DNA of 64,000 nt, taken from NCBI GenBank assembly GCA_965215335.1, contig CBDCDA010000002.1:192001-256000 (forward strand). Reading direction: 5' to 3'. The stretch is from an uncultured Candidatus Entotheonella sp. (lineage in GTDB: Bacteria; Tectomicrobia; Entotheonellia; Entotheonellales; Entotheonellaceae). The notes under the pieces are model-generated. The model did not search any database. It saw nothing but the letters and a program-made list of their open reading frames with translations, and was not told the DNA's origin. Position numbers and translations under genes: made by a program. Positions 41,697 to 51,935 of the stretch are shown in pieces; positions within the stretch are counted from its first letter, which is position 1, and each line of letters begins with the position of its first letter.

Positions 41697-42584
41697 TCAC
41701 AGAAACGACCCGTGGGCGATCATCTTCACCCCGCCGCCGACCGACACGGTGATGCCGTCGGCGTCATCGCTCGCCTTGAGGTAGAGCAGGGAAGGACGGC
41801 CAACGGCGTGGCCCTGTTCGACACGAATGTCGATGCGGCCCGAACTGAAATAGCGGTGTCGCGTCAGATACGCAGCCAGACAGCCGTTGGCGCTCCCGGT
41901 GGCCGGGTCCTCCGGAACCCCGTAGTAATCCGCGAACACCCGCACGCTGAGGTCGTTGTGGCGTTGAACCGTTTCGGGACTGAAGACCAGCAGCGCCTTG
42001 GCCTGCGCGTCCGCCAGCAAGGTCAGGCAGCGGTCCCGGTCCACCTTGACCTGTTTCAGGGTCGCCAGGTTCCGCAGCGGTATCACGACGAACGGCAGGC
42101 CAGTGGACACCTCCTGTGCTGGGAAACGCGTATCCAGTGACGCAACGTCGATACCGAGTACCGGTAGCAGCGACTCGGGGGGAAACGTCTCGCCGAACAC
42201 CGGTGCCGGCTGCCGCATCCACAGGATGTCCGGGTCATCGAGCAAGTACGTAAAGGTGACCGGAATCGGCCCGACCGGCAGATTGAGGGTGATGGTGTCC
42301 ACGGGCGCCTTGACGATCCCCTGTTGAATCACGAACGCCGTTCCCAGCGTTGGGTGGCCGGCAAAGGGGACTTCTGCCTCCGGGGTGAAAATGCGCACGT
42401 CGTAACCGCCGTCGCGCGGCTCGCGCGACGGCAGGAAGGTGCTCTCGGAGAAGCGCATCTCCTTGGCGAGCCGTTGCATGTCGGCACCGGAAAGCTCGGC
42501 GGCTTCGGTGAACACGGCGAGCTGGTTGCCGGCGTATTTCTCCTCCGCGAATACGTCCACAATGAAGAACGGGATGGTGGCCAT
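41697..42584 (-). CDS. PhzF-family isomerase
   Basis: VDVFAEEKYAGNQLAV, FSESTF, RIFTPEAEVPFAGHPTLG, EDPATGSA. Confidence 0.92.
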   Translation of the reverse strand: MATIPFFIVDVFAEEKYAGNQLAVFTEAAELSGADMQRLAKEMRFSESTFLPSREPRDGGYDVRIFTPEAEVPFAGHPTLGTAFVIQQGIVKAPVDTITLNLPVGPIPVTFTYLLDDPDILWMRQPAPVFGETFPPESLLPVLGIDVASLDTRFPAQEVSTGLPFVVIPLRNLATLKQVKVDRDRCLTLLADAQAKALLVFSPETVQRHNDLSVRVFADYYGVPEDPATGSANGCLAAYLTRHRYFSSGRIDIRVEQGHAVGRPSLLYLKASDDADGITVSVGGGVKMIAHGSFL

Positions 42585-42782
42585 GTGTAAGACTCCGGGT
42601 TGGCGCGTCGGTTGATGGGATTGGCGTCGGGTTCCGACCCTACCACCCGTGGCGGAGTGGCGGCAAGTCCCCGAATGCGTATTGCATGCTATACTGCCCA
42701 CCCCTGAATCCGTATCCCGACGACAAGGAGGCCGCATGAAGCCAATAGAGCGATCAGCGATACGGGGCACCGTTTCGACAGG

Positions 42783-43091
42783 GTGAAGGACTGGCACAAA
42801 CACGTGTTCTTCATCGGCGGGGTGCAGGTGGATCGCTTCGGCAACAGCAATCTGATCGGCGTTGACCCGGACTATCGACGGCTACGTTTTCGCGGACCGG
42901 GGCCGGTGGGCACGGCGATGCTGACAACCCACGTCGGGCGGTATTACATCGTGCTCAATTCCCATACGCCGCGCACGCTGGTGGAGCAGTGTGACTACGT
43001 CAGCGCCTTCGGGTGGGGAACAGGCGGTGCCAATGCGCGTCGACAACTCGGCCTGCCGGGCGGCGGGCCGAAGTATTGCGTGACGCCGTAG
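42783..43091 (+). pseudogene. Internal fragment of a CoA-transferase beta subunit
   Basis: FFIGGVQVDRFGNSN, RGPGPVG, GGGPKYCVTP; lacks both termini; next to IS copy 2. Confidence 0.7.
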
Positions 43092-43150
43092 GGAGCATTC
43101 GTTATGGCCTTTCACCGCATGCAGTCCGATCCGGCAATTTCACGCCTTTA

Positions 43151-43993
43151 GGCTCAGGACCTATAAAAGGGTATCATTGATCATGTAGGATTCAAGACCC
43201 TAACTTCATAAGGAGGTTCATCATGCCCGATCACTGCTTCTGGCTATCCGACGTGCAGTTTGCCCGCCTGAAACCCCTGCTACCCAACAAGGTGCGGGGC
43301 GTCCCACGCGTCGATGACCGAAAAGTCATCAGCGGCATCATCCACGTCATTCGATACGGTCTGATGTGGCGCCACGCGCCCGCCTGCTACGGTCCCCACA
43401 AGACGCTCTACAACCGCTTCGTGCGCTGGAGCAAGGACGGTGTCTTCGACCGCATCTTCCAAACCTTGGCCGCCGACAGCACGGCCACCGAGACCGTCAT
43501 GATCGACAGCACGCATCTCAAGGCGCATCGCACCGCTGCCAGCCTGCTTGAGGGGGGGCTTTTCCGCGTCATATCGGGCGTACCCGAGGCGGCCTCAACT
43601 CGAAACTTCACGCCGTCTGCGACGGCGACGGCAAGCCCGTCGTCATGGTGTTGACTGCGGGCCAGGTCAGCGACTATCGCGGGGCAGACATGGCGCTGCC
43701 CGCATTGCCGGAGGCCGACGTGCTGATTGCCGACAAGGGTTATGACAGCAACCGGCTGCGCAAGGCGCTTGCCGAGCGCAAGATCAAGCCCTGTATTCCA
43801 GGCCGTGCCAATCGTAAAGAGCCGATTGTCTACGACACGGAGCTTTACAAGAGCCGTAATCTCATCGAGCGCCTGTTCGGTCGTCTCAAGGATTGGCGTC
43901 GCATCGCCACGCGCTATGACCGGTGTGCGCACACCTTTTTCAGTGCCATCTGCCTTGCTGCCACGGTCATCTTCTGGATATGAGTCCTGAACC
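43151..43993 (+). mobile_element. IS5-family (IS427-like) element, copy 2, 843 bp; orfA 43223-43654, orfB to 43983
   Basis: Same TIRs and length as copy 1, opposite orientation; TA at 43149-50 and 43994-95; G-run near 43552-43558 at the orfA/orfB frame switch. Confidence 0.93.
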
Positions 43994-44863
43994 TAGACCG
44001 CTGGCTGCAAACCAAAATCGTAGGTCACCAGCGCATATCCCGCCTTCACGCCGTACGCCGCCGCTTCTTCGGCGGATTCGATGCGACGGAAATCAACGAG
44101 TAATGGTTCTCGGACGCCAAACACCGCGTCGGTGTCGATGTAGGCGTCGTCCGCGACAAACAGTTCGGTGACCAGGGGCCGATACCCCGCCGCGGTAATC
44201 CTGAAATGGATGTGCGCCGGCCGCCAGGCGTGACGACCGAGTGCCTGTAGCATCGTGCCGACAGGCCCGTCGTAGGGAACCGTGTAGGCCACCGGCTTGA
44301 TGGTTGTGAAACGGTAACGCCCTTGGTCGTCGGTGAGCATCTTGCAGCGCAGGTTGCCGGGGCCGTGCTCCGGGTCCTCGCTTTCGTACATCCCATTGGC
44401 GGCGTTCTGCCAGATTTCCAGGCAGGCATCGGCAATGGGTGCACCCCGCGGGGTGGTCACGTGCCCCGCCACCACGACCGGCTCACCCTCGTTGTTCCCA
44501 ATGAGATCGCCCCCGACTTCCAGGAGTTGCATCCGCTCGCCATTGATGTAGAACGGCCCCAGCAGGCTTGAAGTTGTCGAGCCGTCGCTGGCGCGGTTGT
44601 GCAACAGATCCACCAGCGCCGAAACCCCCAGCGTGTCCGACGCCAGGATGAACTCGTTGCGGTCCGTCTGGGTGGTTTCCCCCCACGCGCATCAGGAATT
44701 CCACGGCCACCATCCACTCGTCCGGCGTCAGTTCCACTTCGCGCGCGAAAGCGTGCAGGTGGCGGATCAGGCTCGTCATGATCTGCCTGAGGCGTGGCTC
44801 GGTGGTGTCGGTGATTGTCCGCAGCACCGCTTCGGTGATCGTATCCGCAGTGACGTTGCGCAT
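43993..44863 (-). pseudogene. Intradiol ring-cleavage dioxygenase (hydroxyquinol/catechol 1,2-type), frameshifted
   Basis: N-part PRLRQIMTSLIRHLHAFAREVELT.DEW, then a frame change at the C6 run 44679-44684 to NEFILASDTLGVS..LLGPFY..WRPAHIHF. Confidence 0.85.
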
Positions 44864-44876
44864 GCCCCCAGCCCTC

Positions 44877-45164
44877 CTATCCCTGCCCCTCGCCGTGCTC
44901 GTGCAGCCAACCATCGCCCTCGGCCTGATCCAGCGTGGCGAGGATTTTGTGGGCCAGTTCCCGTGCCGATTCCGGCGTCAGCTCGACCGCCACGCGGGCG
45001 CCCGGCCCCGCCGCCTCGTTGACGAAATCGATATTGAGCGCGTGATCCAAGCGGATATGAAACGGGTGATCGTAGGTGACATTGGCGGCGCTCAACTCGA
45101 ACCAGCCTGTGGCGCCCTTGCCACTGCCGAAAATCTTCGCCTGATGGGAAATCATCGTACACAT
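44877..45164 (-). CDS. DUF6295-like small protein
   Basis: MCTMI, GSGKG..GWF, YDHPFH..LDHALNIDF, RVAVEL. Confidence 0.75.
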   Translation of the reverse strand: MCTMISHQAKIFGSGKGATGWFELSAANVTYDHPFHIRLDHALNIDFVNEAAGPGARVAVELTPESARELAHKILATLDQAEGDGWLHEHGEGQG

Positions 45165-45190
45165 CGTTACGCTCCTTGCCCGGCTTGCGC

Positions 45191-45949
45191 CTATGTGCTG
45201 AGGTGGGTTGCGAGAAACGTGAAAACCTTCTGCCAGCCGTCGACCGCCTGCTCCTGCCGGTAGGCGGGCCGGTCATAGTAGAAGAAACCGTGGCCGGCAC
45301 CGGCGTAGCGGTGAAACTCGTACGTTTTGCCGTACGCCTTCAGCGCCGCCTCGTGCTCGCCCACCTGAGCCAATGTTGGCGCCTGATCCTCTTCGCCGAA
45401 CAGGCCGAGAAGCGGGCACATCAAGTCCTTCGTGTAGTCGATTGGCGCTACGGGCTGCTTGTCCGTCAATTCCGCCTGGCTCATGACCACACGACCGCCC
45501 CAGCAATCGATGGCGGCGTTGAAGCCCGGTACCCGGCTGGCCACCAGCACCGTCTGGCGTCCGCCCGAACAGGTGCCGAACACGCCGACCTTGCCATTGC
45601 ACGTCGGCAGCGAGCGCAGGGACCGCATGGCGCCTTCGACGTCGCCCATGGCCTGCCCGTCGGCCACGCCCCCGGCAGCGCGTACCTGGGCCGCCACGTC
45701 TTCCGGGGTGCCGTGACCTTCGCGGAAGTAGAGGTTGGGGGACAGCGCCAGATAGCCGTGGTGGGCGAACTTGCGGGTCGCCTCCCGGTACCACTCGTCC
45801 CAGCCGGGCAAGTGATGGATCAACACCATGCCAGGAAACGGCCCAGCGCCCAACGGGCGGGCGAAATAGGCGTTGATGACGTCCCCGTTGGCCCCGTGCA
45901 TGGTGATGGTTTCTGCCACCATGCCCTCGTACATGTCGGTCTGATACAT
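45191..45949 (-). CDS. Dienelactone hydrolase family protein
   Basis: GTCSGG nucleophile motif, GLFGEED, AGHGFF; GGAGG RBS. Confidence 0.9.
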   Translation of the reverse strand: MYQTDMYEGMVAETITMHGANGDVINAYFARPLGAGPFPGMVLIHHLPGWDEWYREATRKFAHHGYLALSPNLYFREGHGTPEDVAAQVRAAGGVADGQAMGDVEGAMRSLRSLPTCNGKVGVFGTCSGGRQTVLVASRVPGFNAAIDCWGGRVVMSQAELTDKQPVAPIDYTKDLMCPLLGLFGEEDQAPTLAQVGEHEAALKAYGKTYEFHRYAGAGHGFFYYDRPAYRQEQAVDGWQKVFTFLATHLST

Positions 45950-46105
45950 AAAGGCACCTCCTGCGTGAGCGCCGCTTCGGATGGGGTTCAGAGGCGGATA
46001 CCTTGTCACAAATCACCCCCGGAAGCAAAGCCGGAATCGGGCTTGGACCACCCTTCTGACGGTATGACTTTCATGGGTTTATTCAGTATAGTCAGCCGCG
46101 CACGC

Positions 46106-46121
46106 TGGCACGCTGCCGGCG
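46106..46121 (+). promoter_or_regulatory. Possible sigma54 -24/-12 promoter of the thiolase
   Basis: TGGCACGCTGCCGGCG (GG-N10-GC) about 50 nt upstream of the start. Confidence 0.3.
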
Positions 46122-46172
46122 TACCCAACGTTCAATAAAGACGCCGATTACTTGTCAGCTAGGAGAACCGGT

Positions 46173-47354
46173 ATGAAGGAAGCCGTTATCGTGTCGACCG
46201 CCCGCACGGGCCTCGCCAAATCCTATCGCGGATCGTTCAACAACCTCGAGGTGCCCAGTATGGTGGCGCCGGTCATCCAGGCGGTCATCGAGAGGGCCGG
46301 GGTGGAGCCCGGCGAGGTTGAGGACGTGGTGATGGGGGCGGCTATTCAGCAGGGAACGCAGGGGTACAATTACGCCCGCCAGTGCGCCATTGCCGCCGGC
46401 CTGCCGGTGACCACCGCGGGCATGAGCGTCGACCGCCAGTGCTCCTCCGGCATGATGGCCATCGCTACGGCTGCCAAGAGTGTCATCGTTGATGACGTGC
46501 CCATCGCCGTGGCCGGCGGCGCCGAGTCCATCAGCCTGGTGCAGAACGAGCACGCCAACGTCTATCGCCGCAAAGACCCGCTGGTCATGCAGCTTCGCCC
46601 CGAGACCTATATGAGCATGATCGACACCGCCGAGGTGGTGGCCGACCGCTACCAGGTAAGCCGCGAGTCGCAGGACGAATACGCCCTGGAAAGCCAGAAA
46701 CGCACCGCCGCGGCGCAGGCGGCGGGGAAATTCGACGATGAGATCGTCTCCACCCATGCCAGCATGGCGGTGATGGATAAGGAAACCAGGGAAATTTCAT
46801 ACAAGGACGTGACCGTTACCCAGGATGAATGCAACCGCCCCGGCACTACGTCGGAGGGGCTGTCGAGCCTCAAGCCTGTGCGCGACGGTGGCACCGTGAC
46901 GGCCGGCAACGCCAGCCAGCTATCGGACGGCGCCTCGGCGGTGTTGGTGATGGACGCCAAGCTGGCCGAGAAGCGCGGCCTGCAGCCGCTGGGCATTTAT
47001 CACGGCGTGGCGGTGTCCGGTTGCGAGCCGGATGAGATGGGCATCGGCCCGGTGTTTGCGGTGCCGCGCCTGCTGGAGCGCAAAGGGCTGAAGATGGATG
47101 ACATCGACCTGTGGGAACTCAACGAGGCGTTCGCGGTGCAGACCGTGTACTGCCGCGACCGGCTGGGCATTCCCATGGAGCGCCTGAACGTCAACGGCGG
47201 ATCCATTTCCATCGGCCACCCCTACGGCATGACCGGCGCCCGCCTTGTTGGCCATGCCCTCATCGAGGGTAAACGGCGGGGTGCCAAGTACGTCGTCGTG
47301 ACCATGTGCATCGGTGGCGGCATGGGCGCGGCCGGCCTGTTCGAGATCGCCTGA
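46173..47354 (+). CDS. Acetyl-CoA C-acyltransferase (thiolase)
   Basis: [42 protein letters not shown]. Confidence 0.95.
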   Translation: MKEAVIVSTARTGLAKSYRGSFNNLEVPSMVAPVIQAVIERAGVEPGEVEDVVMGAAIQQGTQGYNYARQCAIAAGLPVTTAGMSVDRQCSSGMMAIATAAKSVIVDDVPIAVAGGAESISLVQNEHANVYRRKDPLVMQLRPETYMSMIDTAEVVADRYQVSRESQDEYALESQKRTAAAQAAGKFDDEIVSTHASMAVMDKETREISYKDVTVTQDECNRPGTTSEGLSSLKPVRDGGTVTAGNASQLSDGASAVLVMDAKLAEKRGLQPLGIYHGVAVSGCEPDEMGIGPVFAVPRLLERKGLKMDDIDLWELNEAFAVQTVYCRDRLGIPMERLNVNGGSISIGHPYGMTGARLVGHALIEGKRRGAKYVVVTMCIGGGMGAAGLFEIA

Positions 47355-47463
47355 GAGGCGACGGGCCCGGGGCAGGGCGTTGCGTACAGCGTCTCGTCCC
47401 GGTTCCGTTGCAATCGAAAGTGCCGCCTTTATACGTCTGCAGGCCGTGGCCAAGGAGAAAAAC

Positions 47464-47883
47464 ATGCTCAAGAAATGCGTTTTCGCCTTGCTGCCGTTGT
47501 TGGTGCTTGGATGCGCCGGCTCTCCGGGCCGGGTATTGCTTACGAGGTCCGATAAGCTGCAAGCCGTTACCACGTTTGACCTTTGCAAATCCTATTTCCT
47601 GCGGCCCACCGCAAAACTGAAGCTCGAGTTGAAGGAACGAAACGCATTCACAGCCAGGGAGTGGTCTTTTATCGACCAGCAGAAAATCTACATCGGCATG
47701 AGAGATGTGGCGCTGATCTGCGCGTGGGGGCATCCGGGGCTGTTCGGTTCGGTATCCGAGTCGGTGAGCGACGAGGTCGTCCATAAGCAGTGGGTGTACC
47801 GTCCCTGCCCGGGATGTAAGGCGCTGTACGTGTACACGGAAAACGGCAAGGTAAAGAGCTGGCAGAACGTCAAGGCGCAGTGA
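47464..47883 (+). CDS. Hypothetical lipoprotein
   Basis: AGGAG RBS; lipobox LVLGC; IYIGM...WG.P and QWVY..YVYTENGKV resemble SmpA/OmlA-like folds. Confidence 0.7.
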   Translation: MLKKCVFALLPLLVLGCAGSPGRVLLTRSDKLQAVTTFDLCKSYFLRPTAKLKLELKERNAFTAREWSFIDQQKIYIGMRDVALICAWGHPGLFGSVSESVSDEVVHKQWVYRPCPGCKALYVYTENGKVKSWQNVKAQ

Positions 47884-47979
47884 CGGCGCTTGGCGTTCTA
47901 AAACGCACGCACGTTGCCGTGATCATCCAGCAGAACGGACTTCTTGGCCAAAGGCGCGTTTGTACGCCGCCGTCAAGCC

Positions 47980-48222
47980 TCACGGAGCGTGTTTTGCGGT
48001 GGTGTTGTGGGCCGTCAGGGCTTCCATGGCCAGTTCGGCGGGATGCTTGATGACCTCGATCTCCGTATCGGGCGATACTACGACGCCGCCTCGCGTGGCA
48101 AAGGTCACCCGGCAGCCGCCGCCTTGCTTGGTGAGCACCCCGACTTGGCCGTCGGGCAAGCGCACGAGGGTCCAATCGCTCAGGTACTTGGCGGTTACCA
48201 GTCGGTCTTTGCGCGGTGTCAT
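47980..48222 (-). CDS. Small hypothetical protein
   Basis: 80-aa beta-rich ORF co-oriented with neighbours. Confidence 0.5.
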   Translation of the reverse strand: MTPRKDRLVTAKYLSDWTLVRLPDGQVGVLTKQGGGCRVTFATRGGVVVSPDTEIEVIKHPAELAMEALTAHNTTAKHAP

Positions 48223-48268
48223 GATTTGCTGCCCATCTGTTAATGAAGAATCCCAGGTTGCCGTCCCG

Positions 48269-48721
48269 TTATGACGGCAGCGTAGGCGGCCAGGCGATCA
48301 GATCCGTCAGGGGCGGCACTCCGGTTTGCTGCTGCGCCTGCACAATGGCTGCCAGCCAGGCGGTCACGCGTTGGCAGCGGTTGCGCACGTCGCTGGGCGT
48401 ATCGGTGTAGAGTCGAATCACCGCCTGCAGGCGGCTGGGGATATCCAGGTCGGGGTTGGCGACCATCTCCGGGTCCGCGGCCTGTTGCAGCACCAGGGCC
48501 AGGGTTACCCGTCCATTGCTCAGCACGCTGCGGGCGTCTTCGATAGTTCGCTCAATCGCCAGCCGGGGCGTGCCGGCGAGATGTCCTTGGCGTCTCAGTG
48601 CCTGCCAATCCACAGCGGCCAGTTCCGCCAGCGCCGCGCCGTATGTTTCGTGAAGCGCGTCGAGCTGGCACAACAGCGCTTCCACGTTTTCCACCAAGTC
48701 GCTGAATTTATCTGAAGGCAT
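48269..48721 (-). CDS. Hypothetical helical protein
   Basis: GGAGAGG RBS, plausible codon usage. Confidence 0.55.
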   Translation of the reverse strand: MPSDKFSDLVENVEALLCQLDALHETYGAALAELAAVDWQALRRQGHLAGTPRLAIERTIEDARSVLSNGRVTLALVLQQAADPEMVANPDLDIPSRLQAVIRLYTDTPSDVRNRCQRVTAWLAAIVQAQQQTGVPPLTDLIAWPPTLPS

Positions 48722-48750
48722 AACGGTGTGATCCTCTCCGGCACGACTGC

Positions 48751-49560
48751 TCAGCGCCACAGCAGCAAGACCGCGCCCGCCGCGACAATGCGATACCAGC
48801 CGAACGGCGCCAGGGTGTAGCTGCCGAGCAGGCGAAGGAAGAATTTCACCGCCAGCCGCGCCGACAACCAGGCGACGGCGAAGCCGACGGCGAAGACCGG
48901 CAGGCTTGCGAGTTCCAGGTGCCGCCAGTCTTTCAGCAGGTCGTAGCCGATGGCGGCGAACATCACCGGTACGGCAGCCAGGAAGGAGTATTCGGTGGCC
49001 GTACGGCGCTCAAGGCCGGCGATGCGCCCGCCGATGATGGTGGCCGCGGCGCGCGACACGCCGGGCCACAGCGACAGGCACTGGAACAGCCCGATCAGCA
49101 AGGCACCACGCCACCGCAAGGCGCCCAGGCCTTCATGTCCGGCCCGTACCCACAGCCGCTCGATCAGCAGAATGGCCGCCCCGCCGACGCCGAGCCCCAG
49201 GGCGACGGTGCCGGGATTGAACAGGTGTTGCTTGACATAGCCATGCGCTGCGGCGCCGCATGCCAAGGCAGGCAGGGTGGTGAGGCCGAGCAACAGGAGC
49301 CCGCGGTTGCCCCCGAATTCGCTTCCCCAGCGGCCCGAAAGCAGGCTGCGGAAGCGGTCCCTGTACAGCCCCACCACCGCCAGGATGGCGCCTGACTGAA
49401 CGAAAATCTGGAACGTTGCCGCCTGCGGGCCGCGCCAGTCGATCAGGTACCCGACCACGATCATGTGACCGGTGGAGGAGACCGGGAGAAACTCCGTCAG
49501 CCCCTCGACGACGCCCAGGAGGACGGCCGACAACACCATGAACATGGACGTTTCTCTCAT
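48751..49560 (-). CDS. uppP: Undecaprenyl-diphosphate phosphatase
   Basis: GVVEGLTEFLPVSSTGH, QCLSLWPGVSR, EYSFLAAVP, FGWYR. Confidence 0.93.
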   Translation of the reverse strand: MRETSMFMVLSAVLLGVVEGLTEFLPVSSTGHMIVVGYLIDWRGPQAATFQIFVQSGAILAVVGLYRDRFRSLLSGRWGSEFGGNRGLLLLGLTTLPALACGAAAHGYVKQHLFNPGTVALGLGVGGAAILLIERLWVRAGHEGLGALRWRGALLIGLFQCLSLWPGVSRAAATIIGGRIAGLERRTATEYSFLAAVPVMFAAIGYDLLKDWRHLELASLPVFAVGFAVAWLSARLAVKFFLRLLGSYTLAPFGWYRIVAAGAVLLLWR

Positions 49561-49589
49561 AACCCATTCCCGTGTAACCCATTCCCGTG
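49560..49589. repeat. Perfect 15-bp tandem duplication TAACCCATTCCCGTG x2
   Basis: Read directly; abuts the uppP start. Confidence 0.9.
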
Positions 49590-49764
49590 ACCTGTGCAGG
49601 TGCGCGGCATCCTAGCACAGTCCGCGGTACCAGAAAAAGCCGGATGGGGCACCGCGAAACGAGTGTCCGGGTGGAAATGTGCTACTATAGAATGCGGTGT
49701 TTCCGCCGTCTGAACCCAAGCCCTCATGCGGGGCGGAGTCCCGCGGCGTTTCGGAGTGACGGCC

Positions 49765-50319
49765 ATGATTCGGAACCTCATTCTGCTGCTCAGCGTCGCG
49801 TGTCTGGTGGTGGTGGTCGTGCTGTCAGGCGAGCGTGTCCTGTCCGGCACTTCCGAGGCCCGCGCACTGGCCGCCAACGCGCGGGCCATCATGCAAGCCC
49901 TGCCGCATCTCAACGGCCCGCGGGTGACGGACGCCACGTTCAAAGACAAGGTGCTCATCGTCACCTTCTTCGCCAGCTGGTGCCCGCCTTGCCGTCAGGA
50001 GTTTGCCGACCTGCGCGACATCTACCTGCAATACCGCGAGGCCGGTCTGGAGGTCGTGGCCATCAACCTGTTCGAGGACTTTGACAACTTCTCCGACGAC
50101 GAAAGGCTGGCGGCCTTTCTCAGGCTGACCCAGCCGCCGTTCACGGTGGTCAAGGGCAACGACACCATCTCGCAGCAGTTCGGCACCATCCGGCGTATCC
50201 CCAGCCTGTTCGTTTTCGATCGTCAGGGTCGCCGGATCCTGGCGTTTGCCCACGAACGCGGCGCGCAGGCTACCCTTGACGCCGCGGTGCTGCGGCAAGT
50301 CATTTCGCCGCTGCTGTGA
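49765..50319 (+). CDS. TlpA/ResA-like thiol-disulfide oxidoreductase
   Basis: N-terminal signal/TM, FFASWCPPC, IPSLFVFDRQG. Confidence 0.88.
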   Translation: MIRNLILLLSVACLVVVVVLSGERVLSGTSEARALAANARAIMQALPHLNGPRVTDATFKDKVLIVTFFASWCPPCRQEFADLRDIYLQYREAGLEVVAINLFEDFDNFSDDERLAAFLRLTQPPFTVVKGNDTISQQFGTIRRIPSLFVFDRQGRRILAFAHERGAQATLDAAVLRQVISPLL

Positions 50320-50358
50320 GTCAGGTTCCCGTCAAGCACACGACAAGGAAGGTAAGCC

Positions 50359-51072
50359 ATGAATCTTGCAGGCGTGCAGGCGCTGACGTTTGACGTGTTC
50401 GGCACGGTGGTCGATTGGCGCGGCAGCATCATTCGCGAGGGCGAGGCGTTCGGGACGGCGCACGGCCTCGAGGTGGACTGGGCGGCGTTTGCCGACGCCT
50501 GGCGCGGCGGCTATCGGCCGTCCATGGCGCGGGTTCGCAGCGGCGAGTTGCCGTGGACCAACCTCGACGCCCTGCACCGGATGATCCTGGACGATCTGCT
50601 TGAGAAACACGGCATCAGCACCCTGAGCGAGGCCGACAAGCAGCACTGGAACCGCGTCTGGCACCGTCTGACGCCGTGGCCGGATGCGGTGTCGGGCCTC
50701 ACCCGCCTGCGGCAGCATTATGTGCTTGCCACGCTGTCGAACGGCAACGTGGCGCTGCTGACCAACATGGCCAAGCACGGCGGCCTGCCGTGGGATTGCA
50801 TCCTGTCGGCGGAGATCATGAGGCATTACAAGCCAGACCCGGAGACCTACCTGGGCGCCGCCGAACTGCTGGGCCTGCAACCTTCGGCGGTGATGATGGT
50901 GGCGGCCCACGAGTCGGACCTGAAAGCGGCGCAGGCCGTCGGCCTGCGCACCGCTCTCGTGCCGCGCCCGCTCGAATATGGCCCCGACGCCGAGGTGGAC
51001 ACCGAACCCGACCCGAGTTTCGATATCCGTGCCCGTGATTTCAATGATCTCGCAGACCAGTTAGCGCGCTGA
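50359..51072 (+). CDS. Haloacid dehalogenase type II
   Basis: FDVFGTVVDWR, LSNGN, YKPDPETY, MVAAH.SDL. Confidence 0.9.
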   Translation: MNLAGVQALTFDVFGTVVDWRGSIIREGEAFGTAHGLEVDWAAFADAWRGGYRPSMARVRSGELPWTNLDALHRMILDDLLEKHGISTLSEADKQHWNRVWHRLTPWPDAVSGLTRLRQHYVLATLSNGNVALLTNMAKHGGLPWDCILSAEIMRHYKPDPETYLGAAELLGLQPSAVMMVAAHESDLKAAQAVGLRTALVPRPLEYGPDAEVDTEPDPSFDIRARDFNDLADQLAR

Positions 51073-51082
51073 GGCGGGAAGG

Positions 51083-51910
51083 GTGCGTTCGGTGCCGAGC
51101 GGGCAAATCGAAAAGATGGGGTCGCGGCTGGCGGAGCCGGTGGAATACCGTCTGCCCATCGGTGGCGAGCAGGTGGCGCTCAATTCCTGCCTCGGCCGCC
51201 GCCTGACCCTGAGTTACGCGGGCGTCATCACCTGCATTGCCTGCGGCGCCAGGACCAAGCGGAGCTTTTCGCAGGGCTATTGCTATCCGTGCTGCATGCG
51301 GCTGGCGCAGTGTGACCTGTGCGTCCTCAAGCCCGAGACGTGCCACTACCATCTGGGAACGTGCCGCGAGCCGGCGTGGGGCGAGCAGCACTGCATGATC
51401 CCCCATTTCGTCTATCTGGCCAATGCCTCGGGACTCAAGGTGGGCATTACCCGCACGTCGCAGGTGCCGACCCGCTGGATCGATCAGGGGGCGACGCAGG
51501 CGCTGGCCATCCTCAAGGTGCGGACACGCCGCCAATCCGGCCTCATGGAGGCGGCGCTGAAACAGTACGTTGCCGACAAGACCCATTGGCAGGCGATGCT
51601 CAAGGGCCAGGCGCCCGGCGTTGACCTCGCGCAGCAGCGCGAGGTGTTGCTGGAACAGGTCGGTGGCGCGATCCGGTCCGTCAACGAGCGGTTCGGCGGA
51701 CCCGTCGTCGAGGTGCTGGAGCGGCAGGCCGTGGATATCGTCTACCCGGTGCTCGAATACCCCGTCAAGGTGCGCTCGTTCAACCTCGACAAGAACCCGC
51801 AGGCCGCGGGGATTCTGCAGGGCATCAAGGGTCAGTATCTCATCTTCGACACGGGCGTCATCAACGTGCGCAAGTACACCGGTTATCATCTCACGCTTCA
51901 CGTCGATTGA
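51083..51910 (+). CDS. DUF2797-family Zn-finger protein
   Basis: CIACG, SQGYCYPC, CHYHLGTCRE, KVGITR, RWIDQGA, GIKGQYL. Confidence 0.85.
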   Translation: MRSVPSGQIEKMGSRLAEPVEYRLPIGGEQVALNSCLGRRLTLSYAGVITCIACGARTKRSFSQGYCYPCCMRLAQCDLCVLKPETCHYHLGTCREPAWGEQHCMIPHFVYLANASGLKVGITRTSQVPTRWIDQGATQALAILKVRTRRQSGLMEAALKQYVADKTHWQAMLKGQAPGVDLAQQREVLLEQVGGAIRSVNERFGGPVVEVLERQAVDIVYPVLEYPVKVRSFNLDKNPQAAGILQGIKGQYLIFDTGVINVRKYTGYHLTLHVD

Positions 51911-51935
51911 TACGCAGCGCAACAGGGAGTGATTC

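Noticed and set aside
47898..47982. TGA readthrough of the 47980-48222 ORF or a DUF3574-like tail (AAYKRAFGQE..V)
   Set aside because: The TGA is not in a Cys context, no SECIS-like hairpin was seen and another stop follows soon; at most a tiny gene relic.
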